A stretch of 63,711 bases of DNA, filler included, from Lenisia limosa (GCA_001655205.1; 14 parts of 14 records of this genome joined end to end with filler, not necessarily neighbours in it); one strand, 5' to 3'. Shown: positions 36,296 through 49,027, counted from the first letter of the whole stretch. The notes: generated by a model not told the origin, from the letters alone. Numbers and translations are program-made.

Positions 36296-39200
36296 GCTTT
36301 GGTTTCACTGCAGATCCCACTATCGTCCTCGAATCTGTGACAAACACCAGCATTGCGGTCATTAATGGACCTCTGAACATCGAAACACGCAATGGTGTTC
36401 CTTCCGCCATGTTTAACGCCACCCAGTCCCAAACAAGAATCAATCTCGATACTATACCGACAATAAGTGCTGAATTTGCTGCAGTGCGGGTTTCATTCAC
36501 AATGGGGGAGCAGGTGGACCCTTATGTTGACATTGCCGTTTTCCAGCGTGTTGGCTACCGGGACTTCCTATTGATCAGGTTGGTGCATGCAATCTCCATT
36601 TTTAATCTTTTATGTTGTTTTTTGTGGCGTTTTTTGTGTTGTTTACTTTTCTTGATTACAATGGATGTCAGGTATTTTGAAGTGGGTCGCCAAACGCCTA
36701 TATATTCATATTCCATTGTTGGCTGAGTATTATTAACGTATTAGATTTGACAACAACCTGAACCGTTTGACCATTTTGCTGGAGGAAAACGATACCGCCA
36801 AAATCAGCACAAATTGTTACGTTCCTGCTCCACTATCATCTGTGCATACAATTGTCTTAACGAATACGCGTTCAGGTCCAGCGTTAGGTTTTGACGAAAC
36901 AATTTGTCCACTTTTCACTGTTCTACCGCAGACTTTCTTTGATTCCCTTCGTCCAATCGCTCTTTACATTGGATCGAGCGGATGGAGTCAAAAATTCCGG
37001 GGAGCTGTACATTCTATTGAGGTTTTCGAGGAGGCTGTCCCCCTCGCTGCTCTTATGAAGCCCTCCAAGTCCTCAACGAACTCCTTGACTGCTTTCGGAG
37101 CAGCTATTCATTTAGAGACATCTTCCAGTACTATAGAAGCCCCAATAGGATCATACATAACTTCCGGTCCCCTGTCCTCTACTGCTGCCATGTTATCGGC
37201 TTCCCTTATAATTGCCCCTGTCAGTCAGGATTGGTTGGCTTTGACGTCGGCGTCTGGTTTCTCCTTTTGGGCCAAAATGAAGGGAGCCATCGATGGTTCT
37301 CTGATCTTGTTTTCTGACGGGTCTGCCAGGGTTGCTTTGGAATACAAAAGTAACAAGCTGTGTCTGACTTCCACGCTTGTCTCTGAAAGTTGCACCGAAT
37401 TAGATATTGAGATGACACGTTGGCGCTGCATTACAATAGTAAACCAGGGGGAAAACGGAAAGACATCCATTTTTGTCGATGGCAAGATTCAGGCACAAAA
37501 TGTTGACCCTTCTGAGCCTGTTATTTTCCCATCCCTCCTGTCAACAGTGGCGTCATTATCCATTGGGAGTGACGGGGTGGCTATTTGGGGAATTGCTGTA
37601 CAAAGTGACAACAGTAAAGATGATCTTCTGATCGCTGAAATGATAGATCAACAAGAGAGTTCTTTATCCTCATCCCAATGGCTTATTTTGTCTGCAAGTG
37701 GGAATTTCACAACTTCCGGTGCCAGTATTCCTCTTCCCAACGACTCCACTTTCGACTCTACTAACTCCGTCGTAATCCTTGATGACGCTTCGCTGACCGT
37801 GGGAGACTTTGATAATGACGTTGTAACTGGCTTTGCTTTGCCGAAGTTTGGCGTGGTGTATCCTTTTACAGTCCGTGCGTCAGTTGATGTTGGCCAGTGC
37901 TCAAATGGATTCATAGGTCAGAGATAAAAATATTGTTAGACTTCACTCTTCAAATTGGTGTTAACACCAGAAGAAATTTTAATCATATTGGCTTCTTTGA
38001 CATTTCAGATTTTGGAATTCAGTTTACTGGTTCCACGAACCTAACCTACATTATGATGCTGAGCAAAGCTTCAACTAAGATTATTCTTGAGGGTCATTCA
38101 AATCATGCCTTACCAGGTCAGTGACCAAAAAAGAAAACTATACGTCTCGAATACCAAAGCTGGTATTAGTTTGAAGAAGAACACTGACACTTTAGGCTTG
38201 TCGCTTGCGGATAAGAGTTGCCCCTTCACAGCAGGTTTGTTAATGGGATTGATCTAATCTCTGACCGAGAACTTTTGAAAATACTATAATTATCCAATAG
38301 TTTTTTCCTGTACTTAAGTGTTGTTCAACACGTGCTTTATTTTGCTAACCATTCAGGAACGCCTATGGACCTTTCAATAACGGTCTTTGAGAACTGGGTT
38401 ACTTTTGAAACAGAAGATTCCATGGTTGGCGGTAACTTTGGAAGCAAATGTGTGATAACTTGGGAGGTCGACTCCGGTTTATAATATACACAAAATAAAT
38501 GCTCATTTAATTATCAACATAGTATATCATAATTTTTAGATATATTGTTGGTATCTGACCTACTTTTATGATTTTAGTGAAATATTATGTTTGCATCTTC
38601 TTTGATCGAACCAACTCAGAGCTATTTCTGATACCCTGTTTTGAGAATCAAAGCTTTGGTAATATGATTTTAGTGATTATCAAAATTTGTTGGAAATGTG
38701 ACTTAACATACTTAGCAACTTGCGCATCTCCCACACAGTATTGATGCATTCGAATTTGAAGTTATCCTGTCCGGCCATGCGGCTGTTTCTCTTGTGCGAG
38801 GAACTAACTTGTTTCATAATTCAGTAATTTGATAATCATGGCTTTCCCTAAGATTTGCGTCTGATTGAGTGTAGTCAAGCGAATGTTATGATATCATTTT
38901 TTCTTGGCCTTTAACAAAACAGATTGAAGTGTCAAGATTAAGTCGAAATGAACTTGTTAAAACCACTCCCATGGTGAGAGATGTAGAGCATGAGTCTGAA
39001 TACCTGAATCCTGAATACCTGGGTACAGAGTGTATTTGATACATCTCCTCTATTCTTTTAATTGCTCTTTTTCTGATAATATTTGTCACAATCTTAAACC
39101 GACTCTTAAGTAGAAAACCATTAAATCCCCTCTACAAAGGTGCTGTTGTTTTCATATTTAACAACGGACTTCATATCATATGATAAACTAACTAACTTCT

Positions 39201-40250
39201 CCCTTGTTCATGGTGATTGGAAAATATATGTAGTTATGCTTTTTTAGAGAGTTCTTCCAAAAGGCACTGTTCCTTTCTCTTCGTCAACAGATGAATCTGA
39301 AGATAACCAGCTCGAGCAAAACAGGTAAACTCGATATATTTTGAACCCCGAATTTGAAGAACAAATCAGGCCATACAACCTTGTTTTGATCATTTCTATC
39401 ATATAATATCATATAATTAATGTATTACAAAATGATATACATATCATATACTAAGAATATCTTTCTTTTGATATTATCATTCTTACATCATGGTCAAACT
39501 ATTGAACAATAACGATATAATGATTCATTTCCAGCAGTCCCTAGGCCATCTGTGTATACAGGGTTGTAAGGCAAATGAATGGATGCATTATTATTATTAT
39601 ATAATCCAATATCTCTTATAAGCGTGAAAGTGTGAACACCTTGAATTATCACATTTCTACCTATCCTCATTTTTCACCAGTTTAGCTTGGAGGAATCTTC
39701 AGATACACTTTCTTCATTGACCAGTAGTCCAGTAGCCCTTGGTAAGGGGTTGCCTCCTTAGCAAAATAACAATTTAGTTATAGTCACAATGTTCAACAAT
39801 TGTATTCTATGATTGCATACTAATCACCATATTTTGATCATTTCTAATTCATCTTTCAAGTTTTAGTAAGTTTCCTTTTTTGAAATTTGCGACGAAATGA
39901 TAACCAAGGTCATATCCTGCTTTGAGTTTACCACCCTTTACAGTAACGATATGTTATATTATACACAAACACCAGGGTACCCAGGATGTGTTCAGTGAAT
40001 TTATAATGACATCCCGAGTTTTGAGTTAACAATATTAACATAGCTCTGTAGATCTAAATATTCTGTTCCATTTCATGGTGTAGGTGGAGTGGCGGTATTG
40101 GCGATCTTCACAATCGGTTTAGCGTTTGTCCTATGTGGAAGAAAAAGCAAACCCAAGAAGGCCATGGATCCTCAATTCATTGATTTTGACACCACGGACA
40201 CCGAAATGACCCAGCAGGTTTGTCGTGTGCCCACCTATCAGGTCTTATAA
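36296..40250 (+). CDS. Large type I membrane protein with LamG/concanavalin-A-like ectodomain
   Basis: 386-aa exon 36767-37927 with LamG-like segments (GFSFWAK, RWRCITIV...GKTSIFVDGK). Hydrophobic signal-like stretch near 36210-36300, but no ATG located. TM GGVAVLAIFTIGLAFVLCG followed by RKSKPKK (~40083-40160), short cytoplasmic tail, TAA 40248-40250. Confidence 0.65.
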
Positions 40251-40524
40251 GATACATATTTTGTTTAAATTGGCGTTTTCTGGCAAATTAACACTCATGT
40301 GAACAACGGAACGCGGTATGTACTTCGAAAATGACTCCTATTACGTGAAAAAAAATTGCCATCCTGAGGGAACACTTCGGCGCATTGACACGGGATTCCT
40401 ATGAAAAATCTGGAATTCCCATTATTTACATGGATATCCCATGTAATTATTTAATATGAAAATCCGAAGAAATTTATGGCATTCCATAACATACAACAGA
40501 ATCGTCAATACCAGGCCAGAATCC

Positions 40525-40596
40525 AAGTCGGAGTTTGGATTTTTGAAAGGAATATAAGGACCCAGGAATTCCTTTCAAAAATCCAAACTCCGACTT
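40525..40596. repeat. Perfect 29-bp inverted repeat with 14-nt loop
   Basis: AAGTCGGAGTTTGGATTTTTGAAAGGAAT (40525-40553) / ATTCCTTTCAAAAATCCAAACTCCGACTT (40568-40596). Confidence 0.95.
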
Positions 40597-41622
40597 AAGG
40601 ATTTAAATAGGGGTATTTGATCACTATTTATCATACAAACCTTTCGAATGTCTACCTCGCTGTAATGAAGAGTATGCCTATTGGACAGGGTTAGCAACGT
40701 AAATACGCACTGTACTGTACACAATAGTAAAAATGGTTGAAAAAGTAATTGTGATTTCGACCTCACGTTATAGGTGTCCACTGTTTGATTGATCGACTTG
40801 TTTTAATTTTCTAATTTTGTTGTTTCTTGGGTTAGTTGGGATTAATTTATAATTAATTGGGTTTCAATTTCTTGCTCACATCATCAAGGTGGGATAACCG
40901 TCTTAAAGTCGGGGTCCTAACATCTCGGAAACACGCAGAACTATCACGCCTGAGGGTCTACTGGATGTGCCCACAGTTACTCCATTGAAGCATTTTAAGG
41001 ATATTACTTGATCCTGTCCCCCTTGGTTCTGGCTCTGGCTGGGAGAACCCTCGATCTGGCTTATCATATACATGTACCACTTCGACTTATGATTCCTTTC
41101 CGTTAGGGAATCTTTCATTTATTTGGATTTCCATATCACTTCATAGGATTCACGTAAATGGGATCCATCTTTGTCATAAGAAACCTGTGCGCTATAGTGT
41201 AGTGTGGTCCGCGATCCGTTTCTCTGAGAGAAAAAAGCTTCACCAGTTTTTTAAACACAAATGATATACCAGAAATACATCATTTCAAAATTCAAAGAAA
41301 AACCCCTAATAAATAATGCTAAACTTGAACGGTGCTATTTCCGGACTCTGTTTCCCACGTAGCCCCAGCCAGGTCAAAACTCGAACTAATTCGTAAAGAA
41401 AAATATTCAATACCCAAAAACTAAAGAACAGTCTTAAAAAGGAAGAACAGTTTTCGAAACCCTTTTGTCCTTTGCCAATTCCAAAAGCATATAATACAAG
41501 AGAAAGAACTTTTTGAAGGATCCCCCCCCCCCCNNNNNNNNNNNNNNNNNNNNNNNNNNNNNNNNNNNNNNNNNNNNNNNNNNNNNNNNNNNNNNNNNNN
41601 NNNNAAATAAACTACAATAAAA

Positions 41623-44600
41623 TCAATAAAAAACCAAGCTCTTCAGAAAAGCAGGCGAATTAACATTATGATGATTCCCCGAAAAGGGAGCCCTCCTCAC
41701 ATTGACACAACAAGCCCCTCCTACGCCAAGTTCCAATTTCGATGAGCTGACAGAATCGCGTTGCTTCTCCCTTTTGATTCTCTTCTTGCTTTGGGCATAT
41801 TCGATAACCACAACCGCGGCCATGAACATCACGTTGAGGTATATGATGGCAAGTGCTGGGGGGGGGGGGGGGNNNNNNNNNNNNNNNNNNNNNNNNNNNN
41901 NNNNNNNNNNNNNNNNNNNNNNNNNNNNNNNNNNNNNNNNNNNNNNNNNNNNNNNNNNNNNNNNNNNNNNNNNNNNNNNNNNNNNNNNNNGGCAACATGG
42001 GATGCGTTGAAATACAAAAATCCAAAATTCGACTGGATGTTATTACCCAAGTGAGGGGGGGGCAGAGCAGTGCTCCTTGTTTCATTGTTTTCCTGTGTTT
42101 ACCCCCCCCCCCTCCGGTAAAATCACGAATACGGGGCCAGTAATTCGATAGAAATGCGAATGCAATAACGAACAAAAATAGTTGACATTTTGGCGCATGA
42201 GAGTGTGCGGGGTGGGGTGATTTTGATCCATGAAACAAGCTGGCAATCATGATATGTTTGATATCATGTACCCATCCCCTAAACTCACTTAGGATGGTAA
42301 GTACATCGCGAGTCTGTGACTCACCCTCCATGTTCAAGAACACCTAGGGTGTGAATTGGGATTGAATATGCTCATACATCTTATATTCTCATATACATCG
42401 ATATATGTTTACAGATAGAATATATATAAAGTTGCGATTAGTCCTGACAAATATCACGGTTAATGACATATATTAGCGAGTTTTCAAATCACGCATATAC
42501 TCGTAATAGAAAGCACAATGACATTCCTAATATCAATTATACTAAGCGAGGAACAACCGAAAACAAAACAAAAGCCTATTAGGCACCCTCACCAGTCCAA
42601 AAATCAAGGTGAGGGAAGAGGTGACTAGCGACACTGTTTCCAGGTTGTTGAGGGAGACTGAGTTGAAAGGATGCCACCTATTGTTCGCCAATAAAGCGCT
42701 CTGGGGGGGGGGGTAATCGAACAATTTATGAGAAAAAACAAAACGGGGGGNNNNNNNNNNNNNNNNNNNNNNNNNNNNNNNNNNNNNNNNNNNNNNNNNN
42801 NNNNNNNNNNNNNNNNNNNNNNNNNNNNNNNNNNNNNNNNNNNNNNNNNNNNNNNNNNNNNNNNNNNNNNNNNNNNNNNNNNNNNNNNNNNNNNNNNNNN
42901 NNTGGTTGGTTTCGAAGTGATTGCTTGAACCAACCTACACAATCCCATGATTCAAGCACATATGAGATATGATATGATTTATGATATGATATATAGTACA
43001 TATAATCAGAACATATACATTGCTTTGTGAAAATGTCCTGACAGTTTCTGTCGGTGCAACCATATCATACCTGTAACACAACAATACCCGCAAGTGCTTG
43101 GAGACTACGAGGTAAGAGATAGAACAAAACAAGTTTTTCATTGAATTGAGCCATTAAATACATAACATGCTGTACTACAGTAATATAATAACATATGTGA
43201 GATGAGTAATAAAACAAGGTGCTTTCTGGCCTAAGCCGTCCACATAGTATTAGTACATCATCGAACCTTGGGTGTTGGGTCAAAAACACGAAGCAGAACA
43301 CGACACCGAGCTTGCGAAGCAGGATGATCACCTCCCAAAAGTAGAAAGGCGCTGTGTAGCGAGAGTACATAAACCCATAGCTAAACCGTTAATTTCGAAA
43401 AATAGAAGATGCAGTGCTGCAGAGTCTTAAATATTGATCATATTATATGTGTGTGATAAGAAAAAAGTATGAATATTGTTTAACTCAAATATAGTTAGAC
43501 ATTCCATAATTGTCGTAATTGATTCAAATGAATATACCAGAGTCACAAAAAAAATTGGAAAAACACCAACAGACAACAAGGACCACCCCCCCCCTCCNNN
43601 NNNNNNNNNNNNNNNNNNNNNNNNNNNNNNNNNNNNNNNNNNNNNNNNNNNNNNNNNNNNNNNNNNNNNNNNNNNNNNNNNNNNNNNNNNNNNNNNNNNN
43701 NNNNNNNNNNNNNNNNNNNNNNNNNNNNNGGCAAGGACAAAGAGAAACACCGCTGGAGGTTTCATGTGGAATTTGAGGAAGTTGATGGGCCATGTAATAT
43801 ATTCACTAAGGACAGACCAATAACGGAAAGTATCTATAGTTATCGAGGATTTGTCGAGAAATCCGTCATTTTTCGGACAGGAGTGAAGGAAAGTATTTTC
43901 AGACCCTCTCCCCAGCATACCGACAAGGGCAATCGGGATGTTGTCTAAATGGGTTCCTGTGAAGCACTCAACAGAGGGGTCACTGTTGAGAGTCCAAGTA
44001 CCATCACTCTGGGGTGTTAACAAGTTTATCTAGAATGGAAAAACATTTAAGGAACAAAATCTTAGACATAAGAGAAGAGGATGTGAGAAGCCATCTCCAT
44101 GTTCATATCATATGGGTATTATAGAAACATACAGCATAATTTCAACACTTCCTTTGTTACAACTATTCCTCCTGCATTGAGCCCTATTCCAACCTCATGC
44201 GTGCAGTCGAAATAGGACAAGACGGTGGTGGTGAACGGTAGGTATGTGAGGATCAACAGGGTGTACATAGACCGGATTGCAGCGTGCCATGAGTTCTTTC
44301 GCTCAATTATGGCTATATTATGTCAGGCAATGGAGCGGGTAGTATATGATATCCTAGTCCCACCTCCTTACTACGTTCCCATATCCCCATATACCTTTGA
44401 ATCACAATGTGTTTTTCTGTATAAATAATGATATATGCTCTTAAAAACCATGGAGTTGTGCACTGATTTTATAAATCCGTATTAGGCTGATAGTTGGCCA
44501 AAACAAATAAACGTAACCCCCCCGCCTCCTCCCAACCAGAGTTGTTGATTTTGAGGTAGATGACATGCCCAACATAGGTGAAGAGCACAACAAAGAGTAG

Positions 44601-44650
44601 CAGAACCGGAAGGAGCATCTGTAGGCGGTAAATCGGAAACTGCATTTGAA
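41623..44650 (-). CDS. C-terminal multi-pass (about 7 TM) domain of a protist surface/receptor-like protein (5' part missing)
   Basis: FPIYRLQMLLPVLLLFVVLF; YTLLILTYLPFTTTVLSYFDC; DGTWTLNSDPSVECFTGTH; YGFMYSRYTAPFYFWEVIILLRKLGVV; HPFNSVSLNNLETVSLVTSSLTLIFGL; LAIIYLNVMFMAAVVV. This is the motif order typical of the widespread protist multi-TM C-terminal module. Confidence 0.72.
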
Positions 44651-44701
44651 AATCGAAAAAATATAATAAAGAAAGTAGTTTTTTTTAAAAAACATATTAT
44701 A

Positions 44702-45730
44702 TAGTCAAAGTGCCGGACAACATCAAAATGAACCGGACACATCAAAACTCCGGACAAGCTTTTTTTTTTTAAAAATGCATTTCTTGTTTGCCCAGTTTTT
44801 GAAGACTACAAAGCTAAAAATTAGTACTATTTCTAATGTAGGCNNNNNNNNNNCCCTTCCTAAAAAGGAAAGTCAATAAAATGTTAAAGTGTGAGGTGAA
44901 TGATGGTTGGTGGGTGTCAGATTGACTGAATATTTTTTGATGGAAAATCCAGTCAATTTTCAAGAATTAGACGAAAATATTTTTATTTTATTTTTTTCAC
45001 AAAATTGCCCTCTTACCAAGTGTTTATCCCCTTATTAGTAGTTTACATTAGTTCTAAGTACAATGGTGTTCGTGAAAAAGGATAAGGCAACGAGCATCGA
45101 CAACCTGAGAACAGCTAAGCTCTTGCTGAGGAAGATCCCCGGCTTCTTACAGCTCTCAGTGCAGGAGAAGGTGATTTCCCTGCAAGGAATCGTCAAGGCC
45201 CACTCATTTGAGTTTACCGTTAGATTTGGCATAGTTGATTGGTATTTCCAAATCAACTTACTCTGATGCTGTCAAACGAATCAGAGAGAATAAGATCCCA
45301 ATAAAGGTTCACACCGGCAGAAGGCCGAAGCTTTGCCCTGATGTGGAGGGAACTCTTCTCTCTTGGGTCTTCCAAGAAGTTCTTGACGGTGACTTTCCCA
45401 CAAAGAAAGAGATCCGTCTGATGGTAGGCAGTTTTTGAGATTTTGTCTTGTTTCCCCCTGTCTCTTTTCTTTACCGTTTTCAGGCTGCTTCCTTCCACTC
45501 CACAACGTATGAGACCATCACCCTCTCCACTTCTGGGTTGACCGCTGGCTTTCTAATTATGAAAGCTTCTTCAAAGTCATGGTAAGAGGTGATAAATTAG
45601 AAAACCCCTTCTCTTAAGTTCCTTTTTTTAAAACTAAACTATTTCAAGACCTATTTTATGACTTCAACCTATTCTATGTTACCTTTCCAGACACCCAATA
45701 TTGTTGAAGGAAATCGACATGAAGCAACTA
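44702..45730 (+). mobile_element. pogo/Tc5-like transposon, left end and intron-containing transposase 5' part (cut by scaffold end)
   Basis: Candidate end TA|TAGTCAAAGTGCCGGACA with three CCGGACA sub-terminal repeats (44713, 44733, 44750). ATG 45063; introns 45171-45234, 45424-45483 and 45582-45690. Peptide LIGISKSTYSDAVKRIRENKIPIKVHTGRRPKLCPDVEGTLLSWVFQEVLDGDFPTKKEIRLM|AASF...(1-nt frameshift near 45534)VDRWLSNY...|TPNIVEGNRHEAT, a psq-HTH plus CENP-B HTH pattern. Confidence 0.75.
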
Positions 45731-47904
45731 NNNNNNNNNNNNNNNNNNNNNNNNNNNNNNNNNNNNNNNNNNNNTTAATTAATTAANNNNNNNNNNNNNN
45801 NNNNNNNNNNNNNNNNNNNNNNNNNNNNNNAGCTATACTATATACGCATATAGTATATATATAGTATATATATCATATATAGTATAGTATACGTAATGTA
45901 TTGTATGATAATGTGTAAAACTGGACTTTCACAATTTTAGTTTTTCCTGAAGCATGATCGGCTGGCTAAAAAAGGTGCAGGGTGGTGGATACGGGTGGAT
46001 ACATTTCATTTTTTTGGTGTTCTTTATTTGTATCAGATATCTCTATGGCATATAGTTGGGTGAATTATTATTAGACTGTCATCAATAGTCAATAACTTTA
46101 TATGGATTGCTTTTTTTGTATTCGTTTGTCTTATCACAGAGAGCTTCGGCCAAGCACTACCTTTTTTCACACATATTATGGCAAATGAAGGAGCAGTTCT
46201 GACCCTGCAGTTGCGTGTCATTCGTCCACAATCTCTATCCATCTGTCCTTGGTGCTCATTGATTCGTATGCCTCTGCGCTTTTTTTTAACCCTTGTCACA
46301 TTATCAGCATTTTGTGCGTAGTTTTAGACAAATTGGTTCAAATTTAGTGTACTATTGATCTTATGAATATCCTATTACTAGACTTGTTTCGGACGTTCAA
46401 AGAGGATGATGTGGGCAAATTTTACTCATTCACTGACGATTTACAATACTACCGTAATAAATATTAGTATATAATAATTACTGTGAAGGTGAGAAGAATC
46501 CATTTCATGAGTCTTGACCGTTTTTGGACTCTGTCGTTCGAGACATCTCCCTCTATTAGTATAGGATAAATTCATACATGATATCTTTAGTCATTCCATA
46601 CATGACGTCTTTAGACATCGGGCAGCAGCCTTGTCAAATCTGTGCCAAATGCTCATTGCCCCCGCCATTGCTGAGAACCTCAAAGTCAACGTCATGAGCC
46701 AGGTATGGGGTGGGGTTGTTGATATACGGTTTAATTTGTTTAAGGAAAACACTACTTCGCGTTTGTTTAAGCTTATCTTCGGTCTTCGGTTTTGCTTACA
46801 GTTTGTCTATTCGCATATTTTCTTCTTACATATCATCATATCATATCATATATTATTACTACATACTATATATACCATCCTATCATATATCATATTACTA
46901 CATATTTATCATATCATCATGTAGTATNNNNNNNNNNNNNNNNNNNNNNNNNNNNNNNNNNNNNNNNNNNNTTAATTAATTAANNNNNNNNNNNNNNNNN
47001 NNNNNNNNNNNNNNNNNNNNNNNNNNNGGTCGCGTAACTATTACGTCGCTCAGCGCCACCACTTCTGTGTCTCTTCTGCAGAGTGTTCGTCCTGATGAGT
47101 GGGCTTGGAGATTCGTCATAAGAATCCTCGATGAATCCTCGAAAACCCCGATAAAAACCTGATAAACCATCGATAAACCCTATTTATAAATCCTCAATAA
47201 ATATCGAAAGTTTACTTGGAGTTGTGAGGCAGAATTGACCATCTCATCATATTAGGAAACTGACGAACAAAGACAAGGTCCAACTTCCCGCGAGTATGCT
47301 GGGGGAAATGGTCAAACTTTTGTGCTTCACGAAATAGAGTACCTTTTTGTGTGTTGATCTATTATTGCCAAAACCCTGTAGTCTTCGAATCCATTATATA
47401 TTTTCCCATCCAATTATTCCAATGGCTGTCTTGCCTTTTTCTAGTCTTATGGGTATTTATCCGACACTCACTGATGCATTGACCTGTTTAGTTGACTCTG
47501 GAGTAAGACGGACTGAGTGTTGACGATAAGGCAAATGATTGGGTGAATTAATAGTTATAGCATAATCCAATATCTCTACAATCATCTCAATATCATATAA
47601 TCATCACAAATATGCATATTGAAATGTTATAGTATTTTAATATATTATTATATCATATGTAACTGTTACCAATCTCATCGAATGTTATCAATTCTTTGAC
47701 AAAGAAAAGACGATTTAACACCGGAATGTGTTATGGGACAGAATTTACTTTGATCCGGAAAATATCGAAAAATATTGATATTTTTTTTGAGGGCTTATCG
47801 GATAGTTTTGGATTTTTTTTCAAACGGAGTGAAACAAGTTGTTGGAATGTACATAATATGTCAATATATAATTGTATACCCCCCCCCCCAGAATGTAATA
47901 TTAT

Positions 47905-48000
47905 TAGGGTTTCCCTACGGTCCCAAAAAAGACTGCTTTTCTCGATATAGCTTGAAAAATATAGATATTTTAACGGCCTTTTTCGGGCCGTAGGGTAACC
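47905..48000. mobile_element. MITE-A variant with altered TIRs
   Basis: TAGGGTTTCCCTACGGTCCCAAAAAAGAC...CTTTTTCGGGCCGTAGGGTAACC with the same internal core as MITE-A. Confidence 0.7.
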
Positions 48001-48249
48001 GATCTCATATGTTATAGGCTACTACAATAAGAGAAGCATTTGCTTGATACTATACCAACTCATTTAATTCATAATAACCCACTCCAGTACATAGCACCGG
48101 CCATTTGGAGTGTCCGTGCCGTGCTGTACCACATCCTCAATTACGCCNNNNNNNNNNNNNNNNNNNNNNNNNNNNNNNNNNNNNNNNNNNNTTAATTAAT
48201 TAANNNNNNNNNNNNNNNNNNNNNNNNNNNNNNNNNNNNNNNNNNNNCC

Positions 48250-48820
48250 CGCCTCTTCCCGAGGTTTCCTCCGCCCCTGCCGAGCCAAGATATAGCCCCG
48301 AGGAGCTGGCTTTCCAAGTGGGGAGGTTTAAACTCTTCTTTTTCTCTTCAAAATGCTCATCTCTTTTTGGTTTACCTCTTTGCGATCATCTTAGTTCATG
48401 TTTTGTTCACCATCATTCAGAGGATAATATGACGAATTTCGAGCTCTTTTTTTTTAATAGGGTTTTCCCTTAGAATTCATCATTTTTTAGGTTGCCTCTG
48501 AGCTACAGACATGGGATAACCTGGAAATCATGCAAGGCCAAATTGGTCTGTGGGGGAGGGTTTCGCGAATTCACTCAATATACATAGCAAATCGGTCAAG
48601 ACTTATCCCGGTCACTCAATAAAAACGTCAACTGGGCTTGGTTTGTTTGTTGTTTTCGACCCTTCTGATTTGCTAGCCAACCATGTTGATTTCGGGCTTT
48701 TTATTTCATAAATTGTCCAATATTTCTCAACCTAAGTAACCCTCAGACGCCTTGGAGTTTGCTAGGAAAACCTCAAAAACTCAGACTGAAGTCGTGGCTC
48801 TGGTCTCTCTGATCAATAAG
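48250..48820 (+). CDS. Fragment of an unidentified spliced gene
   Basis: Four short exons join in frame on GT-AG: PRYSPEELAFQ|VASELQTWDNLEIMQGQIGL|KSVKTYPGHSIKTSTGL|DALEFARKTSKTQTEVVALVSLINK. No family recognised. Confidence 0.4.
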
Positions 48821-49027
48821 GTGGGGGTTTTGAAGTGAACTGATTCAACGGAAATAATTTGCAAAAAGTTGGCACCTCTAATCAAGCTCTATCGGTCGGA
48901 TCGGGCTGTTGAAATTTGGAGTTGTATCCGTTGTAGTATCGGATCCACCGATCCCGATCTGATCCCGAATCGTCTATCTTAACAAACTTATACGAAGAAT
49001 AAGTTGAATAATATTCTATAAATGTGT

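Noticed and set aside
46033-46075. Kinase-like ICHRDI at the end of ORF 46033-46299
   Set aside because: Followed immediately by a stop, and it overlaps sequence resembling repeat B. No other kinase motifs.
45831-48147. Gene fragments on two ~1.1-kb scaffolds (e.g. UFD1-like KDKVQLPASML; AALSNLCQMLIAP)
   Set aside because: Too short and not joinable into a convincing family match.
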